64,000 nucleotides of DNA. Origin: an uncultured Mycoplasmatota bacterium (GTDB taxonomy: Bacteria; Bacillota_I; Bacilli_A; RF39; UBA660). The stretch covers positions 8,660 to 72,659 of the forward strand of contig CAOJYR010000003.1 of assembly GCA_948465965.1 (NCBI GenBank), read 5' to 3'. The notes below the pieces were generated by a model, which worked only from the letters and a program-made list of their open reading frames with translations, did not search any database and was not told the DNA's origin. Positions 40,174 through 48,649 of the stretch are shown here, in pieces. Numbering within the stretch: the stretch's first letter is position 1; each line of letters starts with the position of its first letter. Position numbers and translations under genes: made by a program.

Positions 40174-40305
40174 CTTATTCTCCTTTCTATTATGAATATA
40201 TAATATCATTTCCATTATATCTAGTCAACTGATAAGTTAAATTGTTTATGGCTATTATACATAGATTTTACTTTTTTTTAATTATAAATAGTGAACAATT
40301 TATAA

Positions 40306-41886
40306 TTAAAATCTATATTTTTTTGCTATTTTCTCAGCTGTTTTTATTCCATCTATTGCAGCTGTAGTAATTCCTCCTGCATATCCTGCTCCTTCACCAC
40401 AGGGGTAAATCCCTCTAATATTAGAAATGCCCAGATCATCTCTTTCTATTTTAAGGGGTGATGATGTTCTGCTTTCTACTCCTAAAAGAATAGCATCACC
40501 TCTATCATAACCACTTATTTTCTTTCCAAAGACTGGTATAGCTTCTTTTAAAGATTCTGTTATATAGTCTGGAAGAATTTCGTTTAGATTTGAAAATTTA
40601 TAATTCCCTTTGGTTAATGGTAGTACTTGCTCTAATGTAGTAGTTAATATATTATCTTTAAAATCTTTATATAGTTGAATTGGTATATTTCCATTTCCTT
40701 TTTGATAGGCTAATTTCTCTAATTGCCTTTGATATTCTATACCTGATAGAGGGTGAGTCCCAAAGTCTTTTGGTGTTACTGTTACAACTAAAGCACTATT
40801 TGCATTTTTTGAGTCTCTTTTATAATTACTCATTCCATTAATCGCAAGATGCCCCTCTTCTGATGAAGCATTAACGATATAACCACCAGGACACATACAA
40901 AAGGAGTATACACCTCTTCCTTTTTTTGTTGTATATGTTAACTTGTAACTAGCGGGTTCTAAATTTTTATATTTTTTACCATATTGAGAAATATTAATCA
41001 TCTCTTGTGGATGTTCTATTCTTACACCTACTGCAAATGGTTTTGCTTTCATAGAAAGATTTTTATTATAAAGCATTTCAAATGTATCTCTAGCACTATG
41101 ACCAATTGCTAAAATTAAGATTTCACAAGGAATCATTTCTTCATTATTTATTTGTATTTTCTGTAGTTTATTATTTTCTATTTCAATATTCGTTAGGCAA
41201 GTATTAAATTTAAATTCTCCGCCCCAGGATATTATTTTATTACGAATATTTATGATTACCTTTCTTAACAGGTCTGTTCCAATATGGGGATTATTCACAT
41301 ATAGTATCTCTTCTGGTGCTCCAGCTTCTACAAATATTTCAAATACTCTTTTTCCCCTAAAGAATTTATCCTTAGTCAATGTATTTAGTTTCCCATCAGA
41401 GAACGTTCCTGCACCACCTTCACCAAATTGCACATTGGAATTTTTATTTAAAGTACCACTTTTCCAAAATTTTTCAATCGTTTTTACCCTTTCCTCTATC
41501 CTTTCGCCTCGTTCAATAATTAATGGTTTATAGCCATGTTCAGCTAGTAAGTAAGCACAAAATAAACCAGCTGGTCCACTTCCAACTATAATTGGTCTAG
41601 TTTTTAGACTATTCGTTCCACTTGACGGAAAAGTATATACTTCTTTAGGTGTTTTAAAAACGTCATTTGACTTTATTCTCTTTAGAATCTTTTCTTCATT
41701 ATTAACAGACACATCAACTTCATAAACATAAATTATATTTTCCTTTTTTCTAGCATCTAATGATCTTTTTATTATTTTTATCTTTTTTATAGATTCTTTA
41801 TTGACTCTTAAAATTTTAGCTATTTTAGATATCAAATCTTTATTGGTACTTTCAACTTTTAATTTTATTTGTCTTATCCTAATCAT
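40306..41886 (-). CDS. FAD-dependent protein (COG2509-type NAD(FAD)-utilising dehydrogenase)
   Basis: Rossmann motif PIIVGSGPAGLFCAYLLAEHG at about residue 100. The 526-aa length and C-terminal domain are typical of the family. Confidence 0.65.
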   Translation of the reverse strand: MIRIRQIKLKVESTNKDLISKIAKILRVNKESIKKIKIIKRSLDARKKENIIYVYEVDVSVNNEEKILKRIKSNDVFKTPKEVYTFPSSGTNSLKTRPIIVGSGPAGLFCAYLLAEHGYKPLIIERGERIEERVKTIEKFWKSGTLNKNSNVQFGEGGAGTFSDGKLNTLTKDKFFRGKRVFEIFVEAGAPEEILYVNNPHIGTDLLRKVIINIRNKIISWGGEFKFNTCLTNIEIENNKLQKIQINNEEMIPCEILILAIGHSARDTFEMLYNKNLSMKAKPFAVGVRIEHPQEMINISQYGKKYKNLEPASYKLTYTTKKGRGVYSFCMCPGGYIVNASSEEGHLAINGMSNYKRDSKNANSALVVTVTPKDFGTHPLSGIEYQRQLEKLAYQKGNGNIPIQLYKDFKDNILTTTLEQVLPLTKGNYKFSNLNEILPDYITESLKEAIPVFGKKISGYDRGDAILLGVESRTSSPLKIERDDLGISNIRGIYPCGEGAGYAGGITTAAIDGIKTAEKIAKKYRF

Positions 41887-43117
41887 GATTATTCTCCCTT
41901 ATAGCAAGTCCTGCAAGTATTCCTGTAGTCCAAGCAAAAGTTAAGTTATAGCCTCCACAATCTCCTACTACATCTAGTAGTTCTCCTGTTATATATAAAT
42001 CTTTTATTTTTTTTGACTCCATTGTCTTTACATTAATTTCGGTTAGTGGTATACCTCCACTACATACTTGGGCTTCATTAAAGGAATTGGTACCCATTAT
42101 CATTACTTCGAAAGCTATTAGATTATTTACTAAGGTTTGTTTTTTAGCAGGTGATAAATCATACCAATAACTACTATTATTTATTTTTGACTCTTTTAAT
42201 ATTATATTTACCAATTTGTAGTTTAGCATTGCTTCTAACATTTCAGAAATAGTTCTATTTTTAACGAAGTCCATTTTACTATCCATCCACAATATATAAT
42301 CTTCTACCTTTGTAAAATCTAGGAATGGTAAAAAGTTGATTTTTATTACTTCTTTTTTATTTTTATCTAGACCTCTTGCAATGATACCTGATAAGTTAAA
42401 GGTACAAATACCACTAATTCCATAATTGGTAAGTTGAATTTCTCCTTGTTCTTCTTTTTTTAATTTATTATTTTCATATAAAGAGAGTTTGACATCAGTT
42501 CTAATTCCTGACCAATCTTTTAGATAGTTGCCTGTTGTTTTTAGTTGTACAAGTGCTGGTAATGGTTTTATAATACTGTGACCTAATTGATTTAAGAATT
42601 TATATCCCATTCCATCTGAACCAGTTTTAGGACAGGCAAATGATCCAGTTGCAACTACTACTACATCAGCAGTTATCTTATTCTTTTTTGATGCTATTAT
42701 AAATTTATCTTCTTTTTTCGTAATTGATTCTACTAAAAAATCATTTTTCATTGTAATCTTTTTTCGTTTTGCTTCTAATAATAACATATTTTTTATAGTT
42801 ATTGCTTGATTTGAAAATGGATAATAATAACCGTTTTTTATTTTAGGTACAATTCCTAGGGAATCAAAAAAATTTAATACTTGTTTATTTGTCTCTTTAT
42901 TTATTATTTTTTCTATTAAATCTTCATTTTCGCTATGATAATGATTTATATTTTGCTTGCTGTTGTAATAATTACATTTTCCATTACCTGTTATAAGTAT
43001 TTTTTTACCACAGTCTTTATTTCTTTCTAAAATTATGACTTCATTTTCTTTGTTTTTAGCAAAGATTGCTGTAGTAAGCCCTGATGCTCCACCACCAATA
43101 ATTACTACTTTTTTCAT
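41879..43117 (-). CDS. HI0933/BaiN-family NAD(P)/FAD-dependent flavoprotein
   Basis: MKKVVIIGGGASGLTTAIFA is the dinucleotide-binding motif. Overall HI0933-like architecture. Start trimmed from the ORF track by 60 nt. Confidence 0.7.
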   Translation of the reverse strand: MKKVVIIGGGASGLTTAIFAKNKENEVIILERNKDCGKKILITGNGKCNYYNSKQNINHYHSENEDLIEKIINKETNKQVLNFFDSLGIVPKIKNGYYYPFSNQAITIKNMLLLEAKRKKITMKNDFLVESITKKEDKFIIASKKNKITADVVVVATGSFACPKTGSDGMGYKFLNQLGHSIIKPLPALVQLKTTGNYLKDWSGIRTDVKLSLYENNKLKKEEQGEIQLTNYGISGICTFNLSGIIARGLDKNKKEVIKINFLPFLDFTKVEDYILWMDSKMDFVKNRTISEMLEAMLNYKLVNIILKESKINNSSYWYDLSPAKKQTLVNNLIAFEVMIMGTNSFNEAQVCSGGIPLTEINVKTMESKKIKDLYITGELLDVVGDCGGYNLTFAWTTGILAGLAIRENNHD

Positions 43118-43256
43118 ATCATCACCTTCTTTTATTGCTATATAAATTATATCATATTTTGTTACATAGAAAAACACTTAGAAATCTAAGCGTAATTTTT
43201 ATTAATATGTTTTGGAGTTAATTATTTTGAAGGGGTTCTCTTTTTTATGTTGGCTT

Positions 43257-44402
43257 TTATTTTCTTTTTGTTTGTGAATCTTTTCTTATCCCATTTTCTA
43301 CACTTACTCTTTGTACCAAAGTTAAAGCGGCAATTAAACAGATCGTAAAACTTCCTCCATAACTCATAAATGGTAATGGTACTCCTGTCATTGGCATCAT
43401 TCCGAAAAGTCCCATTAGATTGACTGCTATATGTAAGAATATATATACTGCTACTCCATAGCAAATAGTTGCTCCCCTATTTGTAGAGCTATTTTTTCCA
43501 ATCATTAAAATTCGATATAACAAGAACATATAAAGTAAGATAATTCCTATAGCTAATATTACCCCTAACTCTTCCACGATTATAGCAAAGATAAAATCTG
43601 TATATGGTTCTGGAAGATATAAATATTTTTGGGTCGAATTTCCAAGTCCTACACCAGTTAAGCCTCCATTATTAATAGCTATATAACCATTACATACCTG
43701 ATTTCCGGTTGATAATAATTTACTACATGGATTAGTAAAATCAAAACGTTCTAATTGTCTTTCTAAGAGTAGGCCTTTTCCTGAACTCATTAAAACAATT
43801 GAAGCAAAACCGATTAGCCCTACTATTCCGAAAATTGTTTTTGATTTTATTTCCTTGTTTATTGGTGATGCTAGAAACACCACACCAACGATTACAGTAT
43901 AAATTATTGTTGTTCCAAGGTCTGGTTGTAAAAATATTAAAAGAGCAACACTACCACATACTGCTAGAGGAAATAGGCTCTTCACGTATGTATTTAACTT
44001 TTTTATATTTACTTCATAATATCTCGCTAACCATACTATTGTTATCACTTTGGCAAACTCACTTGGCTGAATGCTTATAGGTCCTAAGTCATACCAAGAA
44101 ATAGCCTGATTTTTTGATTGCCCTATTATTAAAAGACATAATAAACTGACAATAATGATTAATAATAGTCCCCAAGAAAACATCCCATATGCTTTTGTTG
44201 TGAATTTAATCATTATTAATGAAAATACAAACCCTATCACTAAGAATATGGCTTGCTTGATAAAATAATTATAAGGGCTCACTGCATGTGACATATAAGC
44301 TGTTACATTAGAAGCAGAAAACACCATAATTAGTCCAATTATAAAGAGTAATATAGATACTAATAGTAAAGGTTTATCAATATATTTAATAATTTTTTTC
44401 AA
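43257..44402 (-). CDS. ftsW: SEDS-family peptidoglycan glycosyltransferase (FtsW/RodA/SpoVE)
   Basis: 10-TM protein with the conserved SEDS C-terminal region (GTTIIYTVIVG..., PLPFMSYGGS). Confidence 0.85.
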   Translation of the reverse strand: MKKIIKYIDKPLLLVSILLFIIGLIMVFSASNVTAYMSHAVSPYNYFIKQAIFLVIGFVFSLIMIKFTTKAYGMFSWGLLLIIIVSLLCLLIIGQSKNQAISWYDLGPISIQPSEFAKVITIVWLARYYEVNIKKLNTYVKSLFPLAVCGSVALLIFLQPDLGTTIIYTVIVGVVFLASPINKEIKSKTIFGIVGLIGFASIVLMSSGKGLLLERQLERFDFTNPCSKLLSTGNQVCNGYIAINNGGLTGVGLGNSTQKYLYLPEPYTDFIFAIIVEELGVILAIGIILLYMFLLYRILMIGKNSSTNRGATICYGVAVYIFLHIAVNLMGLFGMMPMTGVPLPFMSYGGSFTICLIAALTLVQRVSVENGIRKDSQTKRK

Positions 44403-44540
44403 CTATATCACTCCATTCTATTATATAATATAGCATAAATTTCAATATTTTTGTAGATGTTGTTTTCTATAGATAAATTTTATTAACAATTTTTGTAAAT
44501 TTACATATTCTATAGTAGATTAAGTAAAGGAGGCAATGTT

Positions 44541-44705
44541 ATGTATTATTATGGTGGAGGATCTAGCTGTTGCGGAAATCAATCATATCAAATGCCATAT
44601 TATACTACTACTTGCTGTAGTAGTAATAATAACTCTAATTATGCAATTATATTAGTATTATTTATTCTATTAGTTATCATCATTGGATGCCGCTGGGGTG
44701 TTTAA
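44541..44705 (+). CDS. yjcZ: YjcZ-family small sporulation protein (54 aa, Cys/Gly/Tyr-rich N-terminus plus C-terminal TM helix). Not in the ORF track.
   Basis: Translation is MYYYGGGSSCCGNQSYQMPYYTTTCCSSNNNSNYAIILVLFILLVIIIGCRWGV. It has a strong AAGGAGG SD 7 nt upstream and a terminator hairpin downstream. The …A(L/I)I(V/L)VLFILL(I/V)I(V/I)G tail is the YjcZ family signature. Confidence 0.7.
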   Translation: MYYYGGGSSCCGNQSYQMPYYTTTCCSSNNNSNYAIILVLFILLVIIIGCRWGV

Positions 44706-44713
44706 TTTCATTT

Positions 44714-44745
44714 AACGTATAGATTTTTCTATACGTTTTTCTTTG
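44714..44745 (+). terminator. Rho-independent terminator of the yjcZ-like gene
   Basis: AACGTATAGA-tttttc-TATACGTT followed by a T-run. Confidence 0.65.
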
Positions 44746-44747
44746 AC

Positions 44748-44776
44748 TGAAAACTATTTCTATGTTATAGTATGCA
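44748..44776 (+). promoter_or_regulatory. Sigma-A-type promoter of def (TTGACT-N17-TATAGT)
   Basis: Near-consensus hexamers with 17-nt spacing about 100 nt upstream of def. Confidence 0.5.
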
Positions 44777-44879
44777 TTGTTTATGAGATGATTTTTATTT
44801 TTTCTTATGTTATATAAATATATTATTACTTTTCATTTCTTTATTTTTTTGATAAAATATACTTGCTAGAGGTGGTAGA

Positions 44880-45428
44880 ATGTTAAAAACAAAAGATATA
44901 TTAGATGAAAAAGACAAGCGTTTAAGGACTATTAGTAAGGAAGTAGAATTTCCTTTAACTAAAGAAGATAAAGAGTTAATTCATACTATGATTAATTACT
45001 TACATGATTCTCAAATTGATGAGTTGGCAGAAAAATATGATTTGAGACCAGGAATGGGACTTTCAGCCATTCAATTAGGTGTTGCGAAAAGATACTTTGT
45101 TGTTGTTAATGAAATTGATGAGGGCGAATTTGAAACTTATGTGTTAATTAACCCTAAAATGATCAGTAGTTCTGTTGAAAAGATTTATGTAGAAATGGGC
45201 GAAGGTTGCTTAAGTGTTAATCGTCCAGTTGATGGTATTGTTCCAAGATATGCTAGATGTACAATGGAGGCATATGACATGGAGGGCAGAAAGATTCATG
45301 TTAGAGCGCGTGAAGAGTTAGCTATTTGCTTTCAACATGAACTTGATCATTTAAATGGAATCTTATTTACAGATCATATAGATAAAAAGGATCCTTTTAA
45401 AGATAAAGACCAGATGAGGCCCATCTAG
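44880..45428 (+). CDS. def: Peptide deformylase
   Basis: The conserved motifs GxGxAAxQ (GMGLSAIQLG), EGCLS and QHExDH (HELDHLNG) are all present. Confidence 0.9.
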   Translation: MLKTKDILDEKDKRLRTISKEVEFPLTKEDKELIHTMINYLHDSQIDELAEKYDLRPGMGLSAIQLGVAKRYFVVVNEIDEGEFETYVLINPKMISSSVEKIYVEMGEGCLSVNRPVDGIVPRYARCTMEAYDMEGRKIHVRAREELAICFQHELDHLNGILFTDHIDKKDPFKDKDQMRPI

Positions 45429-45446
45429 TCTTTTTAATTTATTAAT
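45399..45446. repeat. Copy 1 of a ~48-60 bp direct repeat, covering the def 3' end plus its terminator hairpin AGACCAGATG-AGGCC-CATCTAGTCT
   Basis: It reappears at 48602..48649 with one mismatch. The flanking similarity decays over about 12 more bp upstream. Confidence 0.8.
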
Positions 45447-45454
45447 TTTACAAT

Positions 45455-46930
45455 TTACTCTTTAATCTTTTTTTCTTTTTTATTATAGATAAAATAACTT
45501 ATTATTGAAACTATTACTACTATCAATATCATAGCAATAATTATTATAACCGAATTAGTTTCAGGATTTTTTATAATATTGTTTATAATTCCATCGTTAT
45601 TTGAATCATCATTCGTAATATGGTATTTAGTAACTGAATATTTCATATTTTCGTCATAAAATTGGGTTTGAAATGTAGCTTGACAGGTTCGATATAATTT
45701 TACTGGAGTATTTAAAGCAATTGCTATTACTTTATCATTTTCTTTGTAAAAGATTGCACGTCTTTGAACATTTTCAAATCCATTAATATTTCCTACAGTG
45801 TAAAATATATCTAAATTATTCTTTTTACTATCAGTCATATTTTCTGTATACTTATGAATTGATGAATTATAAATCATAGTTTCGTTAGTAGAATCTAGTG
45901 TATATAAGTAAACTTCATTATCAATATAATCTAGGTCTGAGGCTAGTGTATTTATATTCTTTTCAACTTTACCATCTTTGTTAATAAAAATTGTACTACT
46001 TCCTGATGCAATATATCCATTATTAACCTCAATAATTTTGTTTATACTCTCATAATTTGTACTGCCATTTTTTGAATATCCACTATATTTAACGTAATAA
46101 TCATAGCTAATTTTTGTTTTACTTGAATCTATATATTTAAAATCCTTATCAAATTTTACAACACTTAATGCATAATCATATTTATCTTCCGATGCGTATC
46201 CGTTATTTTGTGTATCACTATATTTATAGACAACCAAGCAAATAATATTATCATCTTTTGTTTTGTTGATTGCTATGATTCTTGCTTCATGATAAAAGGG
46301 ATGTGTACAAGCACTTATATTTGTATTTAAAACGTTTGTCAACAAATCATTCCCATTTAGATAGCTAACAAAATTACCTTTTTTATCTATTTTAGCAATG
46401 ATTTTTTGATTGACATAACCAATGTCAACCCCACTGTTATTGTAGTTGGATTGGGCATATACTCGCTGTTTGCTATATGGAAATAGTATACCATCAGATA
46501 ATTCTATAATATTTTCTGTATAAGCTGTAGTTACATTAGAATTACTTGAATCTTTTAGATAATCCTTTTGCCATACTATATTTCCATTAAAGTCATATTT
46601 TGTAACATTTGAAGGATATGAATGCCATATTAATAACCCATCGTCTAATGCTTGTATCCTTGTTCCAGTTATTTTGTCCTTTTGCCATACTATATTTCCA
46701 TTAAAATCATATTTTGTAATGCTTGATGCTATATCTGCATTAGAACCCTCTACTTGCATTACGACAAAACCATCTTTTTGCTTTATTATTTGTGTGTCTG
46801 TAGAATCATAAATATTTAGTTCTTTACTCCACTCCTTTTCTGCCTTTGCTTCTACTTTTATGGTAGATATTATCAAAAACGCTGATGCTATTAATACTAT
46901 AATTGCTAATCCTCTTATTTTCTTATTCAT
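45455..46930 (-). CDS. Class B sortase substrate. It has a signal peptide, PQQ-like beta-propeller repeats (KYDFNGNIVWQKD twice) and a C-terminal NPETN sorting signal followed by a TM helix and a KKEKK tail.
   Basis: C-terminus reads …IIKNPETNSVIIIIAMILIVVIVSIISYFIYNKKEKKIKE. An N-terminal signal peptide is present. It is a paralogue of the 49667..51133 gene. Confidence 0.65.
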   Translation of the reverse strand: MNKKIRGLAIIVLIASAFLIISTIKVEAKAEKEWSKELNIYDSTDTQIIKQKDGFVVMQVEGSNADIASSITKYDFNGNIVWQKDKITGTRIQALDDGLLIWHSYPSNVTKYDFNGNIVWQKDYLKDSSNSNVTTAYTENIIELSDGILFPYSKQRVYAQSNYNNSGVDIGYVNQKIIAKIDKKGNFVSYLNGNDLLTNVLNTNISACTHPFYHEARIIAINKTKDDNIICLVVYKYSDTQNNGYASEDKYDYALSVVKFDKDFKYIDSSKTKISYDYYVKYSGYSKNGSTNYESINKIIEVNNGYIASGSSTIFINKDGKVEKNINTLASDLDYIDNEVYLYTLDSTNETMIYNSSIHKYTENMTDSKKNNLDIFYTVGNINGFENVQRRAIFYKENDKVIAIALNTPVKLYRTCQATFQTQFYDENMKYSVTKYHITNDDSNNDGIINNIIKNPETNSVIIIIAMILIVVIVSIISYFIYNKKEKKIKE

Positions 46931-46959
46931 AACCTACTCCTTATTGTATATTTATTGTA

Positions 46960-46989
46960 ATTATACCCCCCCCCCCACGTTTTTGTCAA
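46960..46989 (-). promoter_or_regulatory. Promoter of the surface-protein gene. It is consensus TTGACA-18nt-TATAAT with an 11-nt poly-G tract (poly-C on the plus strand, 46966..46976) filling the spacer. A putative phase-variation switch.
   Basis: The minus strand reads TTGACAAAAACGTGGGGGGGGGGGTATAAT, then 26 nt, then AAGGAG, then ATG. The plus-strand copy of the hexamer (TTGTCA) may also serve as the -35 of the divergent GT gene. Confidence 0.6.
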
Positions 46990-47044
46990 TTCTTTATTTT
47001 TTTCTTTTTATATGATATATTTTGATTAATTTAAGAGGTGAATT

Positions 47045-48574
47045 ATGAAATTAATTAAATTTAAAAATGCATTAACTTATACATTTTATATAACATTTGC
47101 AATAACCTTTACTTATTTATTTGTTTGCACTTTTATATATAAGGTTTCTTATAGTTATAGTTTAAATATGTTTATTTGCTTTATTATTGGAATATTTATA
47201 TTATTATTGTGGTATTTTATTTATAAAGTTATTAATAAATTTTATGACAGACTATCTAGTAAACAACAATTTTTGTTGTTGTTGTTTACTTTTATATTTT
47301 TCTGCTTTCTTATACTAACAATTTTGATTTGGCTGAAGCTAACACCAGATTGGGATTATCGTATAATATATGAACAGGCAAAAAGCTATGCTCTTTATGG
47401 GGATAGAACACACACTACCACTTCTCCTTCTTATTTTCAATACTATAATAATAACATTGGTTTATTTTTAATATTAGCGGGAGTTTTTAAGGTATGTTCT
47501 TTTATAGGAATTAAAGACTTTCTTACAGTGGCGACCATATTAAATGCTCTATTGGTTGGTTTTAGTATCTTTCTTTTATACCTTTGTATTAAGAAATTAT
47601 CAAATAAAAAAAGTGCTTTTTTTTCATTAATAGTAAGCTTATTTTTTATTCCTTTATTTACTTACATTCCTATGTTTTATACTGATACATTTTCATTACC
47701 TTTTGTTATGCTACTATTTTATTTATATTTATCTATTGATAGCAAAAAATTATTATCTAAAAAAAATATTATATTGTTTGCTTCTATTTTATTTGTAGCC
47801 TTTTTAGGAAGTAAAATAAAGATGACTGTTCTTGTTGTTTTTATTGCTTGTTTTATTCATTTTATGTTTACTAGCAAACTTAAATATACATTACTTTTGT
47901 TATTAATTATTACTGCTTTTTTTTCATTTTCATCCGTTCTTTGGGAAAAACTAGTATATGAAAATAAAAGCTTTTCATTTATTCAAAATGAGTATGGGCA
48001 CGTTCCATCGTCTCACTTTTTAATGATGGGTGTGCAAAGAAAGGATGACGATTTGGCTGGAATAAACTGTTTAGGGTGCTATAATCATGATGATTTTAAT
48101 CAAACTTTATTTTATAAGAATAGCAAAGAAGGCGCTAAGGCTGATATTAAGGAATATATTACTAGAGTAAGAGAGTATGGATTTAGCGGATATTTTATTT
48201 ATTTAAGTAAAAAGGCAGTTAATGCTTGGGGAGAAGGAAGTTATTTTAGTAATGTTGTTTATAAATTAAACCTTGCTGAAAATAATATAGCTAAAAAACT
48301 TATTATAGGAGAAGATAATAAAATTATTTTATATTTTCAACAAGGCGTTAGTGAAGCCATGTTGCTTATATTTGGTTGCTATAGTTTTATTATGTTTTTT
48401 AAAAGAAAAAAAATGGACACATCTACAATTATTCTAATCTCTATTTATGGGATGTTTGTTTTACTCTTATTTTGGGAAAATCGATCTCGATATTTATATA
48501 ATTACATACCTATATTTATTACCTTAATAACTTTATTTTACTATAATATAAATAAATTTAAATTAAAAAAATAA
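47045..48574 (+). CDS. Putative GT-C superfamily membrane glycosyltransferase (PMT_2/ArnT-like), copy A
   Basis: About 12 TM helices. The first extracytoplasmic loop carries PDWDYRIIYEQA, an acidic DxD/E motif typical of GT-C enzymes. 509 aa. AAGAGGTG SD. About 75% identical to the 51256..52788 gene. Confidence 0.45.
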   Translation: MKLIKFKNALTYTFYITFAITFTYLFVCTFIYKVSYSYSLNMFICFIIGIFILLLWYFIYKVINKFYDRLSSKQQFLLLLFTFIFFCFLILTILIWLKLTPDWDYRIIYEQAKSYALYGDRTHTTTSPSYFQYYNNNIGLFLILAGVFKVCSFIGIKDFLTVATILNALLVGFSIFLLYLCIKKLSNKKSAFFSLIVSLFFIPLFTYIPMFYTDTFSLPFVMLLFYLYLSIDSKKLLSKKNIILFASILFVAFLGSKIKMTVLVVFIACFIHFMFTSKLKYTLLLLLIITAFFSFSSVLWEKLVYENKSFSFIQNEYGHVPSSHFLMMGVQRKDDDLAGINCLGCYNHDDFNQTLFYKNSKEGAKADIKEYITRVREYGFSGYFIYLSKKAVNAWGEGSYFSNVVYKLNLAENNIAKKLIIGEDNKIILYFQQGVSEAMLLIFGCYSFIMFFKRKKMDTSTIILISIYGMFVLLLFWENRSRYLYNYIPIFITLITLFYYNINKFKLKK

Positions 48575-48601
48575 AGGAATAAGATTGATAAAGGAAAGTT
48601 C

Positions 48602-48649
48602 AAAGATAAAGACCAGATGATGCCCATCTAGTCTTTTTAATTTATTAAT
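48602..48649. repeat. Copy 2 of the def-3'-end/terminator repeat. It acts as a bidirectional terminator between GT copy A and the sortase gene.
   Basis: aaagataaagaccagatgaTgcccatctagtctttttaatttattaat. It retains a degenerate def C-terminal reading frame (KDKDQMMPI*). Confidence 0.8.

Noticed and set aside
43222-43464. An 80-aa minus-strand ORF overlapping the 3' end of the FtsW/RodA (SEDS) gene
   Set aside because: It is an alternative frame of the same strand inside a conserved SEDS gene. It has no independent signal.
46966-46976. Poly-C run considered as a possible sequencing or assembly artefact
   Set aside because: Not rejected outright. It sits precisely in a consensus promoter spacer, which favours a biological role. 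However, homopolymer length is error-prone in some platforms, so the exact count of 11 should be verified.
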